Notes under the pieces: generated by a model
What the model was told of the DNA's origin: nothing
What the model saw: only the letters and a program-made list of their open reading frames with translations
The model's database searches: none
Part shown: positions 39,721 through 50,854 of the stretch, one piece after another
Position numbering within the stretch: the stretch's first letter is position 1
Layout of the letters: every line of letters starts with the position of its first letter
Translations under genes and position numbers: made by a program
Assembly (NCBI GenBank): GCA_964598255.1
Contig: CAZRBA010000096.1
Location: forward strand, 2,676 to 66,675
DNA length: 64,000 bases
Source of the DNA: an uncultured Caldithrix sp.
GTDB lineage: Bacteria; Calditrichota; Calditrichia; Calditrichales; Calditrichaceae
Reading direction: 5' to 3'

Positions 39721-40789
39721 TGTGGATTTAGCCTTTAACCCCTATCCTGTTTTTGTGGGAAGCTCCATTCTGGACCGGTTTAACGAGGTTCTTCGCAGCT
39801 ATTACCATGGCGATCAGATTGCCGTGATAACCAACGAAAAAATTTATTCCCTGCACGGGCAAAAACTGATGAATCAGTTGCCCGATGATATCCGGATCGA
39901 AACAATATTTGTACCCGACGGCGAACGTGCAAAATCGTTCGAACATTTGCAGCAAATTTACACCCGACTTCTGGAAAATCGTTTTGAACGCGGGTCTCTT
40001 ATTGTTGCCTTTGGCGGCGGCGTTGTTGGCGATTTGGCCGGCTTTGTCGCGGCAACCTATTTACGCGGTGTGGATTTGGTACACGTCCCCACCACTCTTT
40101 TGGCCCAAGTAGATAGCAGCATCGGCGGCAAAACCGGCATCAATCATCCTCTAGGTAAAAACCTAATCGGAGCATTCAAACAGCCGTTGTTTGTGTTAAG
40201 CGATACACAATTTCTACAAACATTGCCCGATGCGGAAATACGTTGCGGAATGGGCGAAGTAATAAAGTACGGATTCGTTTTAAACAAAAGTCTGTTTGCC
40301 TATTTGGAGAAAAATTTGCAGAAAGCGCTGCAAAAAAACGATTCCGTTTTACGTTATTTGGTTGAAGTATCGGCAAAAGAAAAGGCCCGAGTGGTGGCAA
40401 AAGATGAAAAAGAAAGCGGGTTACGCATGGTACTCAATTTTGGCCATACCTTTGGCCACGCTTTAGAAGCCGAATACCATTTTAACATACTCAAGCATGG
40501 CGAAGCGGTAATTCTGGGCATGAAATGTGCCCTTCATTATGCCCGTTTAATCGATTTGATAAATGAGAATACTTACCAACGCGGGCTGAATTTATTGAAC
40601 CGCGTACCCGTACCGTTTGATGGTTCTGCCTTAAATATCGAAACGCTTGTCAACCGCATGACATTAGACAAAAAAGTAAGGCAGGGTAAGGTACGCCTGG
40701 TTTTAATCAAAGATATCGGTCAATACATATTTCACAGGGCAGATAACACCCTACTCCTAAAACAGGCCTTCGAAATTTTAAGGAGATGA
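39707..40789 (+). CDS. aroB: 3-dehydroquinate synthase
   Basis: GGGVVGD, PTTLLAQVDSSIGGK, NFGHTFGH and HGEAV. Confidence 0.97.
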   Translation: MQQINVDLAFNPYPVFVGSSILDRFNEVLRSYYHGDQIAVITNEKIYSLHGQKLMNQLPDDIRIETIFVPDGERAKSFEHLQQIYTRLLENRFERGSLIVAFGGGVVGDLAGFVAATYLRGVDLVHVPTTLLAQVDSSIGGKTGINHPLGKNLIGAFKQPLFVLSDTQFLQTLPDAEIRCGMGEVIKYGFVLNKSLFAYLEKNLQKALQKNDSVLRYLVEVSAKEKARVVAKDEKESGLRMVLNFGHTFGHALEAEYHFNILKHGEAVILGMKCALHYARLIDLINENTYQRGLNLLNRVPVPFDGSALNIETLVNRMTLDKKVRQGKVRLVLIKDIGQYIFHRADNTLLLKQAFEILRR

Positions 40790-40888
40790 TTTAACCGTTA
40801 AAGGAAAAAGGATAAAAAACGTTGTCGCTTTCATGCAAACAACGGCAAAAATTTTTAAGTTAACGGAAGTGTCGTACCCAAAAAACGA

Positions 40889-41662
40889 GTGAAAAACGTG
40901 CGCGTATTTTTTTTAGGAACCGGAACCTCCGGCGGAGTGCCCGTAATCAATTGCAATTGTCCGGTCTGCCACTCTGCAAATCCCAAAAACAAACGATTAC
41001 GATCTTCGGTAATGATCGAAAGCAACGGAAAATATTTGCTAATCGACACCACGCCGGACATGCGCCAGCAGTTTTTGCGGCATCCTTTTCCGCGGATCGA
41101 CGCCGTGCTGTACACCCACGCCCATGCCGATCATGTTTTCGGGCTGGATGAAATCCGCCGCTTTAATTATCTGATGAAAAAACGCATTCCGGCATACGGA
41201 AATGCCCCGACCATAGAACGATTGACCAAGGTTTTTGACTATGCCTTCAAAGCGCCCGAAATCGAATTCCAAAAAGGCATTCCCAATCTTTCGGCCCATG
41301 TAATCGAAGAACCCGTCGAAATAGAAGGTATTCGTATCATTCCCATTCCGTTAATACACGGCGAGCAAACCGTTTTGGGCTACCGGATCGGAAATTTTGC
41401 CTATTGTACGGATGTCAATCGGATTCCGGAAAAAAGCTACGCCTTGCTTGAAAATTTGCAAGTGCTTGTTCTGGACGCCCTGCGTGAAAAGCGTCATCCG
41501 TCGCATTTTAGTTTGGGCGAAGCCATTACCGAAGCCAGAAAAATAGGGGCAAATAAAACCTATTTTACGCATATCAGCCATATTCTCGATCACGAGCGTC
41601 ACGGACAAATGCTCCCCAAACAAATGGAATTTGCCTATGACGGGCTGGAAATAACCGTTTAA
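40889..41662 (+). CDS. MBL-fold hydrolase, PhnP-like
   Basis: LGTGTSGGVP, CxCxxC, THAHADH, YCTD and AYDG. Confidence 0.88.
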   Translation: MKNVRVFFLGTGTSGGVPVINCNCPVCHSANPKNKRLRSSVMIESNGKYLLIDTTPDMRQQFLRHPFPRIDAVLYTHAHADHVFGLDEIRRFNYLMKKRIPAYGNAPTIERLTKVFDYAFKAPEIEFQKGIPNLSAHVIEEPVEIEGIRIIPIPLIHGEQTVLGYRIGNFAYCTDVNRIPEKSYALLENLQVLVLDALREKRHPSHFSLGEAITEARKIGANKTYFTHISHILDHERHGQMLPKQMEFAYDGLEITV

Positions 41663-41720
41663 AATCGGGTAGAAAACAATGCACTAAAAAATTGCCCATT
41701 CACCAAACAAGGAACTTTTT

Positions 41721-42161
41721 ATGAAAATACTCATCATTAACGGACCCAATTTAAATTTGCTGGGTAAACGCAAGCCCGATGTTTACGGACACCGATCCCT
41801 AAACGAGCTGAATACCTTTGTCAAAGAATATTTTAAAAAGGTAACCTTGGAATTTTACCAAAGCAATCACGAAGGTGATATTATCGATCGCATACATCAG
41901 GCCATGGCCCGCTTTGACGGCATTGTTATTAATCCGGGCGCATTAACCCATTACTCCTACGCACTGCGCGATGCCATCGAAGCTTGTACGATTCCCGTAG
42001 TCGAAGTTCATTTAAGCAATATCGCGGCCAGGGAATCGTTCCGGCGGGTTTCGGTGATTTCCGAAGTGTGTCAGGGGACAATCAGCGGATTCGGTGCGTA
42101 CGGCTACGTAATTGCCGTGCAGGCTTTGGCTCACAAACTCAAACGCAAACAACATGATTAA
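41721..42161 (+). CDS. aroQ: Type II 3-dehydroquinate dehydratase
   Basis: NGPNLNLLG, QSNHEG, NPGA and EVHLSNI. Confidence 0.97.
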   Translation: MKILIINGPNLNLLGKRKPDVYGHRSLNELNTFVKEYFKKVTLEFYQSNHEGDIIDRIHQAMARFDGIVINPGALTHYSYALRDAIEACTIPVVEVHLSNIAARESFRRVSVISEVCQGTISGFGAYGYVIAVQALAHKLKRKQHD

Positions 42162-43608
42162 TCAAATTAAAAATTTGGCGCGGCATTCTTCCATTTATAC
42201 CGTCAGTACGTTTATGCAACGTGCGCTCGGTTTTATTATGTTGCCCATTTATACGGATCCCTCTTATTTGGCCTCCAAAAGTCAATACGGCGATTTGGCT
42301 TTGGTTTACACCTTTACCGCCTTTATGAATTTTGTGTATCTTTACGGAATGGATTCGGCCATTCTGCGATATTTTTTTCTCGGAAAATTCAAGCGTAAAG
42401 ATGTTTATTCCACCGGATTTCGAGGCGTAGTTCTTAATGCGGTATTTCTTTCGTTGTTGCTATATGTTTGGGCCCCGCAATTGGGGCAAATCGTCTTTGG
42501 AGGGGCCCATTACGCCTTATTGATTCGTCTCAGTGCCGGGATATTATTTTTCGATTCCATTGGCAATTTACCCTATTTGGTTTTGCGCGCCGAAGAACGA
42601 TCCGTTTTGTATTCCGCCTTTCGCATCGGTCGTTTTATGCTGGAGCTGGTGTTAAATATTCTTTTTGTGGTTGTTCTGCATAAAGGCGTTAGCGGAATTT
42701 TATTCGCCAACCTTATTGCTTCGATTATTAATTTAATTGCCTTGTTACCGTTTCAGGCACGTTATTTAAAAGGGGAATGGCGCAGCGATGTGTTTAAAAC
42801 CCTGCTTTTGTTCGGACTACCTATTTTGCCCAACGGTATTGCCTATTTAACGGTCGAAGTTAGCGATAAGTATTTAATGCGCATTTTGTTAAACAAGGAT
42901 TTACTCGGTTTGTATTCGGCCAATTACAAGTTCGGTTCTATTTTGTTACTTGTAGTTATTGCCTTCCGTAATGCCTGGCAGCCATTCTTTTTAAAAATTG
43001 CCAAACAGCCCGAAGCTAAAAAAATTTACGCCCGCGTGCTTACCTATTTTACCTTAATGGGAGCGATCGTAGTAATTGCGGGTAGCTTTGTCGTCGATTA
43101 TGTGGTACGCATTCCTTTGCCCGGCGGAAAAACACTGATGGGCAACATGTACTGGGGCGGAACAAAAATCATTCCGATTATTCTGGCCTCTTATTTGTTT
43201 TACGGTATGTACGTTAATTTTACAGTCGGTATTTACATTCGTAAAAAAACAAAATACATGGCCATATTTACCGGTTTGGCCGCGTTGGTTAACGTTTCGA
43301 GCAATTTGTACCTGATGCCGCATTACGGCATTATGGGCGCGGCCTATGCCACCTTGTTAAGCTATTTGGTCATGGCGCTTAGCATTTTTATCGTTAATCA
43401 AAAAATTTATTATATTCCCTACGAGTACGGACGTGTGGTTTTTATTTTGTTGTATTTGGCGGCGGTGTTGGTCGTATATTATGCTTTCCAACCCGGTTTG
43501 CTTTTACGCTTGCTTATTATCGTCATTTCTCCGGCAGTGTTCATTGTGCTGCGTTTTTTTCGTCCCGAAGAATGGGCCGCCCTGAACAAATTGCTCCGGC
43601 GGGCGTAA
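42154..43608 (+). CDS. Oligosaccharide flippase (Wzx/PST-type MOP family)
   Basis: About 14 TM segments; YGDL, LLFGLP, GLYSANYK and YGIMGAAYAT. Start at ATG 42154. Confidence 0.85.
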   Translation: MINQIKNLARHSSIYTVSTFMQRALGFIMLPIYTDPSYLASKSQYGDLALVYTFTAFMNFVYLYGMDSAILRYFFLGKFKRKDVYSTGFRGVVLNAVFLSLLLYVWAPQLGQIVFGGAHYALLIRLSAGILFFDSIGNLPYLVLRAEERSVLYSAFRIGRFMLELVLNILFVVVLHKGVSGILFANLIASIINLIALLPFQARYLKGEWRSDVFKTLLLFGLPILPNGIAYLTVEVSDKYLMRILLNKDLLGLYSANYKFGSILLLVVIAFRNAWQPFFLKIAKQPEAKKIYARVLTYFTLMGAIVVIAGSFVVDYVVRIPLPGGKTLMGNMYWGGTKIIPIILASYLFYGMYVNFTVGIYIRKKTKYMAIFTGLAALVNVSSNLYLMPHYGIMGAAYATLLSYLVMALSIFIVNQKIYYIPYEYGRVVFILLYLAAVLVVYYAFQPGLLLRLLIIVISPAVFIVLRFFRPEEWAALNKLLRRA

Positions 43609-43658
43609 ACACAAACGGCAGGTTAAGCGGCTCCGTTCGGAATAAACGGATTAAAAAG

Positions 43659-44708
43659 ATGAAACTATTGTTATTAATTGTAAAAATTGCACTGATTCCC
43701 TTTTCCCTGCTTTACGCATTGGTTACGGAAGTTCGCAACTTTTTATTCGATTGGCATTTGCTGCCTGTTTTTAGGAGCAAAATTCCGGTGGTTTCGGTAG
43801 GCAACATCCGCGTGGGCGGCACCGGAAAAACCCCTTTTACCATTTGGCTGGCGCAGCGCCTGAGCGAACATTCGGTGCGCGTAGCCATAGTAAGCCGTGG
43901 CTATCGGCGTAAAAGCAAAGGCCTTAAATTGGTTGCCGAAGCGGGAAAAATCGTTAGCGATGTACAGGATGCCGGTGACGAACCATTGCTTATGGCCCAC
44001 AAAGTACCGCAGGCATTGATTATCGTATCCGAAAAACGCAAAAAAGCGTTACATCACATCGAACTGACTGAAGCAGCGGATGTGGTGATACTTGACGACG
44101 CGTTTCAGCATCGTTGGGTGGCGCGCAATGCGGATATTGTACTTTTACATTCCGCTGGCTTTTGGGATAATTGGCCATTGCCGACCGGGCGCCTGCGCGA
44201 AACGATTTGGCAATTAAAACGGGCAACTTACTTGCTTCGGCGTCCCGATAAGGCAGGCGGAAAACCAATAACCTTTGTGCCGCAACACCGTCAATTCGAA
44301 ATCGAATTTGTGCCCGGAAAGATAGTAAACGAATATTTCGAACCCTTGGGCTCCCTTGAAGAATGGCGCGGAAAACCGGCGATTGCTTTTGCCGGAATAG
44401 CTCGTCCGCAAGCTTTTTTTTCCATGCTTAAGCGAAAGGGAATAAAGTTGTTGGCAAGCGAACGCTTTACGGATCATTATCGTTACAAAGAAAGCGATTT
44501 GCAGCGGCTGTTACACCTTTGTCGCGCTACCGAAGCCCGTTGGTTATTTTGCACGGAAAAAGATTTGGTAAAAATACGGGAATTTTTACCCGTATTGGAA
44601 GCCGAAATTAAAATAGCAGGCGTGCATTTGGTAGCGTTATCGCTTGAAGTCCGTTTACAAGACGAACAAAATTTTTTGAATGACCTTGTAAAAAGGTTGA
44701 CAATCTAA
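43659..44708 (+). CDS. lpxK: Tetraacyldisaccharide 4'-kinase
   Basis: VGNIRVGGTGKTP, SRGY, GDEP, DDAFQH and TEKD. Start at ATG 43659. Confidence 0.95.
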   Translation: MKLLLLIVKIALIPFSLLYALVTEVRNFLFDWHLLPVFRSKIPVVSVGNIRVGGTGKTPFTIWLAQRLSEHSVRVAIVSRGYRRKSKGLKLVAEAGKIVSDVQDAGDEPLLMAHKVPQALIIVSEKRKKALHHIELTEAADVVILDDAFQHRWVARNADIVLLHSAGFWDNWPLPTGRLRETIWQLKRATYLLRRPDKAGGKPITFVPQHRQFEIEFVPGKIVNEYFEPLGSLEEWRGKPAIAFAGIARPQAFFSMLKRKGIKLLASERFTDHYRYKESDLQRLLHLCRATEARWLFCTEKDLVKIREFLPVLEAEIKIAGVHLVALSLEVRLQDEQNFLNDLVKRLTI

Positions 44709-44725
44709 AAAAATGTCCTTAAATT
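44697..44725 (+). promoter_or_regulatory. Sigma70-type promoter for the tRNA-Met pair
   Basis: TTGACA (44697-44702), 17-bp spacer, TAAATT (44720-44725). Confidence 0.7.
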
Positions 44726-44741
44726 ATTGTTTCGATTTGAT

Positions 44742-44815
<74 letters not shown>

Positions 44816-44822
44816 CTAAATA

Positions 44823-44851
44823 AGGTGATCCATACCGATCACCTATTTTTT
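44823..44851 (+). terminator. Terminator-like hairpin between the two tRNAs
   Basis: AGGTGATC-CATACC-GATCACCT followed by ATTTTTT. Confidence 0.5.
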
Positions 44852-44854
44852 GAT

Positions 44855-44927
44855 GGCGGCGTAGCTCAGTTGGCAGAGCAGAGGAATCATAATCCTCGTG
44901 TCCGGGGTTCAAGTCCCTGCGCCGCTA
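44855..44927 (+). tRNA. tRNA-Met (CAT), most likely elongator; CCA not encoded
   Basis: Cloverleaf with GGCGGCG/CGCCGCT acceptor stem, GAGGA-ATCATAA-TCCTC anticodon arm and TTCAAGT T-loop. Confidence 0.9.
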
Positions 44928-44960
44928 CTTTTTTTATCGGAAAAAGTCCGAGACATTATT

Positions 44961-46310
44961 TTGATCAAACGTTTAGTATCGTTCTGCAAAACTCATCAGC
45001 TTCTTTTCCCAAAAGATATTGTTTTTGTTGCCATTTCCGGAGGTATCGATTCGGTAGCTTTGCTCGATGCGTTTCTGGCACTTGATGATAACCTACCGCT
45101 AACCGTTAAAGCCATCCACGTGAATCACGGTGTGCGGGGTTCGGAATCCGAACGCGACGAACATTTTGTGCGTTCGTTTTGCGCACGTCGGGGCGTGGAA
45201 CTAACCGTGGTTCATTTACAGGGATTTAATACCGCAAGCAATGAGGCGGCCTTGCGCGAAGCGCGCTATCGGGCCTTTGACGAATTGCTCGGGCAGCATC
45301 CCGGGGCAAAGCTGGCCACGGCACACACCTTAAACGATAATATCGAAACCTTGCTCATGCGCTTGGCCAAAGGATCGTCTTTAAAAGGATTGCGCGGCAT
45401 TCCCGTTAAACGGGGCCCTTACATCCGGCCGTTTTTGTTTTTGAGGCGAGCCGAGATCGAAGAATACGTACGCCACCGGCAATTGACATTTGTTCGTGAT
45501 TCGAGCAATGCCTCATTCAAATATTTGCGTAATCGAATTCGTCACCAATTATTGCCGGTTTTCGAAGATATTTTCGGCAGCCAATTTTATGAAGGAATAG
45601 CCAGGAGTTTGGAAGAGATCAATGATTTTTACGCATTGTTCGAGCGGGAATTTTTTCGCAAAACCGAAGCAACGATTGAGCGTAAGGGAGATCGTATCGA
45701 AATCGACCTTAAAAAATACACGGCTCTCGACAAACGGTACCGCTTTCGGTTAATCGATTATTGTATTTCTGCTTTTTATCCCTTAAATTATTCATTTTCA
45801 AAAACGTACTTGCAACGCATCGATCGGTTTTTCGACAAAGCGCGTGTAGGTGCCGTTTTAAATGTGCATCGGGATATTCTGCTGGTAAAAGATCGACAAA
45901 AGGTTATCCTGGCCAAACAAAACCCGCAACAGACGGAAACTTTGTTTTTGTATCCGGAAACAAAAATTCGTTTCCATGCGTTCGAGATCGAAATAAAAAA
46001 AGTTTCGTTTGCTCAGGTGCACCTAACGAACAATAAAAATGTCGAATTTATTTGCGGTGATAATGTTCGCTTCCCGTTATTGGTGCGGTCGTGGCGGCCT
46101 GCAGATCGATTTTATCCGTTGGGATTGGGCAAAAGTCAGAAGGTCAAAGATTTTTTTGTCAGGCAAAAAATCGACATCCTGAGCAAAAAGCAAATTCCGT
46201 TGATTTGCAACGGTGATGAAATCGTCTGGATTGCCGGTTATCGTTTGGACGAACGCTACCGGGTTCATAAAAAGTGTCAACATATTTATAAAATTGAAAT
46301 CAAAACGTAG
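44961..46310 (+). CDS. tilS: tRNA(Ile)-lysidine synthetase
   Basis: SGGIDS, HVNHG, REARY, TAH, RNRIRH and TilS C-domain. Start placed at TTG 44961 because the longer ORF overlaps the tRNA. Confidence 0.95.
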   Translation: MIKRLVSFCKTHQLLFPKDIVFVAISGGIDSVALLDAFLALDDNLPLTVKAIHVNHGVRGSESERDEHFVRSFCARRGVELTVVHLQGFNTASNEAALREARYRAFDELLGQHPGAKLATAHTLNDNIETLLMRLAKGSSLKGLRGIPVKRGPYIRPFLFLRRAEIEEYVRHRQLTFVRDSSNASFKYLRNRIRHQLLPVFEDIFGSQFYEGIARSLEEINDFYALFEREFFRKTEATIERKGDRIEIDLKKYTALDKRYRFRLIDYCISAFYPLNYSFSKTYLQRIDRFFDKARVGAVLNVHRDILLVKDRQKVILAKQNPQQTETLFLYPETKIRFHAFEIEIKKVSFAQVHLTNNKNVEFICGDNVRFPLLVRSWRPADRFYPLGLGKSQKVKDFFVRQKIDILSKKQIPLICNGDEIVWIAGYRLDERYRVHKKCQHIYKIEIKT

Positions 46311-46321
46311 GAAATGCGATT

Positions 46322-46870
46322 ATGCAATACGATCAATCGGTTTTGGTACCTGGTAATTACAAGGTGCTGCTTTCGGAAGAAGCCATCCAAAAACGCTTAC
46401 GGGAATTGGGTGAGCAAATCACAGCCGATTTCAAGGATAAGCGTCCTATTCTCATCGGTATTTTGAACGGAAGTTTTGTGTTTTTGGCCGATTTAATCCG
46501 CTATGTCAATACGGATTTGGAGGTGGACTTTATCCGAATTTCCAGTTACGGCGACGGGCGCGAGTCTTCGGGCCATATCAAAATTTTAAAACCGTTAAGC
46601 GCCGATATTAACGGCCGGGCGGTTTTAGTGGTGGAAGACATTGTGGATTCCGGACTGTCTGTACAGTTTTTACGGAAAATGCTGGAGGCTTTTAATCCTT
46701 CCGAATTGCGTTTTGTTACTTTGTTAAATAAACCGGAAAAGAAAAAAGTGCCGGTACAAATCGATTATGTGGGTTTTGAAATCGAAGATAAATTTGTGGT
46801 GGGTTACGGTCTGGATGACGGCCAGATAAAACGAAACTTACGTTCTATTTACTACATTGAACAGGAATGA
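46322..46870 (+). CDS. hpt: Hypoxanthine phosphoribosyltransferase
   Basis: [12 protein letters not shown] motif and FVVGYGLD; tilS-hpt-ftsH synteny. Confidence 0.96.
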   Translation: MQYDQSVLVPGNYKVLLSEEAIQKRLRELGEQITADFKDKRPILIGILNGSFVFLADLIRYVNTDLEVDFIRISSYGDGRESSGHIKILKPLSADINGRAVLVVEDIVDSGLSVQFLRKMLEAFNPSELRFVTLLNKPEKKKVPVQIDYVGFEIEDKFVVGYGLDDGQIKRNLRSIYYIEQE

Positions 46871-49002
46871 AAGGAAGCGTTTTTCGTATGGAAAATAAAA
46901 ACAATAAACATAATCCGAATGAAGATCCCAATAAAAAAGACCAGAACTCCAACGATGAATTTCAGTGGAAAAAGGCCTCTAAAACGGGCTTGATTTGGAT
47001 TCTGATTCTTTTGGCTGCCATTGCTTTTAGTACCATGTGGCCCAGCAATCGCTCCGACGAAGTGGAAGTGGATTACAATACCTACCAAAAACTACTGAAG
47101 GACGGTGAAATTGTTCAGGGTGAGGTAACCCTTAAAGATTTGAAATTCCGCGGTAAACTAAAAGAAAAAATGACCATTCAGGTCGGCAAGAGCATGAAAT
47201 CGGCTCAATATATTCGCACCATTTTACCGTATGTGGACAATACAACCACCAAAGAATGGGAACAGTACGGCGTTAATATCCGATTTGTGGAACCGCCCAG
47301 CGATTGGTCGATTATTTTAATTAACATTTTGCCTTGGGTTTTGATTTTGGGTGTGTGGATCTTTTTTGCCAAACGCATGCAAGGCGGGTCCGGAGGAAGC
47401 CGCGGTATTTTCAACTTCGGCAAAAGCAAAGCCAAAATGCTAACCAAAGATAAAATTAAAGTTACGTTTGACGATGTGGCCGGTTGCGACGAAGCCAAAA
47501 TGGAACTGCAGGAGATCATCGAATTCCTAAAAGAGCCGCAAAAATTTACCCGGCTGGGCGGAAAAATTCCCAAAGGCGCATTGCTGCTCGGCCCTCCGGG
47601 AACCGGAAAAACCTTGCTGGCCAAGGCCGTAGCCGGTGAAGCCGGTGTGCCCTTTTTTAGCATGAGCGGCGCGGATTTTGTGGAAATGTTTGTCGGAGTG
47701 GGCGCTAGCCGTGTGCGCGATTTGTTCGAGATGGGACGTAAAAACGCTCCGTGTATTATTTTTATTGACGAAATCGATGCCGTGGGGCGCCATCGCGGCG
47801 CCGGTTTGGGAGGCGGACATGACGAACGCGAACAAACCCTGAACCAGCTTTTGGTGGAAATGGACGGTTTTGACACCAAAGAAGGGGTTATTTTAATTGC
47901 CGCTACCAACCGACCCGATGTGTTGGATGCTGCGCTTTTGCGTCCCGGTCGTTTTGACCGGCAAATTGTGGTGGACCGACCGGATGTGCGTGGTCGCGAA
48001 GGTATTTTAAAAGTGCACACACGCAAGGTACCTTTGGACAGTTCGGTTGATCTGCAAGCCATTGCCCGGGGCACGCCCGGACTTTCCGGAGCGGATTTAG
48101 CCAATTTGGTAAACGAAGCCGCTTTATTGGCAGCGCGCAGAAATCGCAGCAAGGTAACCATGGCCGATTTCGAAGAAGCCAAAGATAAAATTATGATGGG
48201 CATGGAACGCAAATCGGTGCTCATCAGCGAAGAAGAAAAAAAGATTACCGCCTATCACGAATCCGGCCATGTGTTGGTCGGTAAACTTACGCCTGGTACC
48301 GATCCGGTGCATAAGGTAACCATTATTCCGCGCGGCCGCGCTCTGGGTGTGACGGCCTATTTGCCTATCGACGAACGGCACACCTATTCTTACGAATATT
48401 TGCAAGGCATGCTGGCGCAGTTGTTAGGCGGCCGTGCCGCAGAAAAGTTAGTTTTTAAGCAATTAACCACTGGGGCCGGTAACGATATCGAACGCGCTAC
48501 CGATTTGGCGCGCAAAATGGTGTGCGAATGGGGCATGAGCGAGAAAATGGGCCCTGTTACCTTTGGCAAAAAGGAACAGGAGATTTTTCTGGGACGCGAA
48601 ATCGCCCAACATCGCGATTACAGCGAAAAAACAGCGGAAGAAATTGACGACGAAGTAAAACGTATTGTTGCCAATGCCGAAAAACGCGCCATGCGCCTGC
48701 TGGAAGAAAACATCGATAAGTTGCATGCTTTGGCCAAAGCTCTGCTGGAATTCGAAATTTTGGACGGCGAACAAATCGATCGCATTCTGCGCGGCGAAAA
48801 AATTGAGCACCCCGCATTTGCCGCCAAAGATGCCGATACCAACAGCCGCGAAGAACGCCTGCGGGAAGTGGAAAAATTCAAAGAGCATTTGGCCAAACAA
48901 AATCAAAATCGGGAAAGCGAACGGGAAGAGCAAACAACGGAAAGCGAACAACCCGCTGAGGAATCCGATAACCGTGATTCGGAAACGGATAACGATATTT
49001 GA
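46867..49002 (+). CDS. ftsH: ATP-dependent zinc metalloprotease FtsH
   Basis: Two TM segments, [22 protein letters not shown] and HESGH. Confidence 0.98.
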   Translation: MKGSVFRMENKNNKHNPNEDPNKKDQNSNDEFQWKKASKTGLIWILILLAAIAFSTMWPSNRSDEVEVDYNTYQKLLKDGEIVQGEVTLKDLKFRGKLKEKMTIQVGKSMKSAQYIRTILPYVDNTTTKEWEQYGVNIRFVEPPSDWSIILINILPWVLILGVWIFFAKRMQGGSGGSRGIFNFGKSKAKMLTKDKIKVTFDDVAGCDEAKMELQEIIEFLKEPQKFTRLGGKIPKGALLLGPPGTGKTLLAKAVAGEAGVPFFSMSGADFVEMFVGVGASRVRDLFEMGRKNAPCIIFIDEIDAVGRHRGAGLGGGHDEREQTLNQLLVEMDGFDTKEGVILIAATNRPDVLDAALLRPGRFDRQIVVDRPDVRGREGILKVHTRKVPLDSSVDLQAIARGTPGLSGADLANLVNEAALLAARRNRSKVTMADFEEAKDKIMMGMERKSVLISEEEKKITAYHESGHVLVGKLTPGTDPVHKVTIIPRGRALGVTAYLPIDERHTYSYEYLQGMLAQLLGGRAAEKLVFKQLTTGAGNDIERATDLARKMVCEWGMSEKMGPVTFGKKEQEIFLGREIAQHRDYSEKTAEEIDDEVKRIVANAEKRAMRLLEENIDKLHALAKALLEFEILDGEQIDRILRGEKIEHPAFAAKDADTNSREERLREVEKFKEHLAKQNQNRESEREEQTTESEQPAEESDNRDSETDNDI

Positions 49003-49027
49003 AACATGCAAAAATGCGTTTAGTAAC

Positions 49028-49052
49028 AAAGGGAGCCTTGCTCCCTTTTTTT
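49028..49052 (+). terminator. Intrinsic terminator after ftsH
   Basis: AAAGGGAGC-CTT-GCTCCC-TTTTTTT. Confidence 0.85.
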
Positions 49053-49258
49053 GTTTCGGACGGGCGTAAACGGCAAGATGGCGAATGGTCTTTTGTTGCT
49101 AAGCGACAATTAAAAACAGACCGCTTGTGTCAAAAACGGTGCAGAACCGGAGATTCGGCTATTTGTTCCCAAAAATCAATAGCGAAAATTAAAGGAAATT
49201 TCTTGAAATTGAGGCGTTAACAAGATACATTGTGTTATCATAAAAATTAGGAAGCATC

Positions 49259-50854
49259 ATGAGTTCAATCATTCGTTTTTTATCGGCCGACGTACCGGGC
49301 GGTATTTATTTGTTGCTCTTCGTATTAATTGTGGTCAATTTGACTTTTTACTTTTTTCGGAATTCAGATTTGGTTTCGCGTGACCGCCTTAAAAAAAATG
49401 TAATTACGGCCAACGTGGTAATTCTTTTGTTTTACATCGCTCTGTGGTTTGTTTTTCAGCCCCCAAAGCCTCAGGAAAGGGTGGTGGTGCTGCCTTCAAA
49501 AACCGGATCGCGCTTTGTGCTATCTCCGAGCGCATTGCGTTTTCCGGAAGTGGTTAAACGGATAAGCATCAATAACACACCGCCGCGCTATTTGTTTCAT
49601 CGCTGGAATTGGCTTTACCAAACATTAACTCCCAAAAAAGTAAGCGATTACCAAAATTGGCTGCACGCGGCCAAAGCCATGAAAGCGCGTTACCTTATCG
49701 AAAGCGCTTTTGACGGTAACGGTTTTCATTGTCTTGTTACCGATTTGAAAAAGAACAAGCAATACCGATTTGCTCAAAACGATACCACGGATTTTTCCGT
49801 GGTTTTACTTGCCATGCAAAAAAAGTTCGGCTTTTTTAAAAAAGATCCTGTTTTAAACGTGCTACCGCAAAATGCATTGTTACGGGCACGCATTTTGTAT
49901 TTGAATGGCCGCTACGATGCGGTTATCAAAAAAACGGGGCAGCGGCACGACTTGGAATCGCGTATTTTAACAGCGGCCGCTTATGTGCGCAAGGGCTTAA
50001 AGCGCCCGGTAGACTTCGAAAAAATGAAATACGTAAAAGTCAAAAATCCCGATTTTGTTAAAGCGCGGCAAATCTTAATTCCCATAGTTAAGCAAAGGAA
50101 AGATACGCCGGAAACCGATTTGCTATTGGGCCGTATGGCCATTCGCCAGCAGGATTTTAGCAAAGCAGAGATTTTTCTGAAAAAGGCCTATGTGGATGAT
50201 CCCGAAAATGCGCGGGTTTATTATCAACTGAGTTTCTTGCTGCCGGATCGTTTAAAAGATATCGGATACAAAGATCGGGTGGCCGTTTTGGAACGCGCCG
50301 TTTATTTTGACCCCGGATATCGCGATGCGGTTTACCAATTGGCAAACGAAATTTACCTGGCCGGAATCGGTACCTTGCGTTCTACTTCGGAAGGGATTCG
50401 GGTGGCCGAACAATTCCTTAAAATTCAGCCGGGCGATGCTCAAATTCGGAGCTTGTTAGGATCTTTGTACGCCAAAACCAACCATCCGGAAAAAGCCCTG
50501 CCCATTTTTCAACAATTACAAAAGGAATATCCAGAAGATGCCAATTCCTATTACAGTTTGGGCGTGTGCTATTATTTGATGAAAAACGACAGTGCCGCAT
50601 TAAAGCATTTTATGAAGGCCATTCACATGGCGCATCATCGCGATTCGTATTTGTATGTAGCCATGATTTACAATCGGCAAGGGAAATTGGATTCGGCTTT
50701 GAAGTATTTTAGGCAACGGGTAAAATTACAAACCGGAGATGACGACAAATACGCATTGGAAGCCATGTACGGCATTCGCACCGTTTTGAAAAAAATGGAG
50801 GAGCAAAAAAAGAAACATGCACTTACGCCCGATTCATCTAACGTCAAAAAATAG
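49259..50854 (+). CDS. Membrane-anchored TPR protein
   Basis: Two N-terminal TM segments and multiple TPR-like repeats in the C-terminal half. Confidence 0.75.
   Translation: MSSIIRFLSADVPGGIYLLLFVLIVVNLTFYFFRNSDLVSRDRLKKNVITANVVILLFYIALWFVFQPPKPQERVVVLPSKTGSRFVLSPSALRFPEVVKRISINNTPPRYLFHRWNWLYQTLTPKKVSDYQNWLHAAKAMKARYLIESAFDGNGFHCLVTDLKKNKQYRFAQNDTTDFSVVLLAMQKKFGFFKKDPVLNVLPQNALLRARILYLNGRYDAVIKKTGQRHDLESRILTAAAYVRKGLKRPVDFEKMKYVKVKNPDFVKARQILIPIVKQRKDTPETDLLLGRMAIRQQDFSKAEIFLKKAYVDDPENARVYYQLSFLLPDRLKDIGYKDRVAVLERAVYFDPGYRDAVYQLANEIYLAGIGTLRSTSEGIRVAEQFLKIQPGDAQIRSLLGSLYAKTNHPEKALPIFQQLQKEYPEDANSYYSLGVCYYLMKNDSAALKHFMKAIHMAHHRDSYLYVAMIYNRQGKLDSALKYFRQRVKLQTGDDDKYALEAMYGIRTVLKKMEEQKKKHALTPDSSNVKK

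Noticed and set aside
44855-44927. Second CAT tRNA as tRNA-Ile2, the TilS substrate, because it abuts tilS
   Set aside because: The acceptor stem has G4/G5 rather than the C4:G69/C5:G68 TilS determinants, and the sequence resembles elongator tRNA-Met. Not fully excluded without isotype models.
47205-48224. 339-aa antisense ORF inside ftsH, and similar shadows in ClC, deoC, glmM and lon
   Set aside because: Antisense shadows of conserved genes; S/P/T-rich translations with no motifs or RBS.
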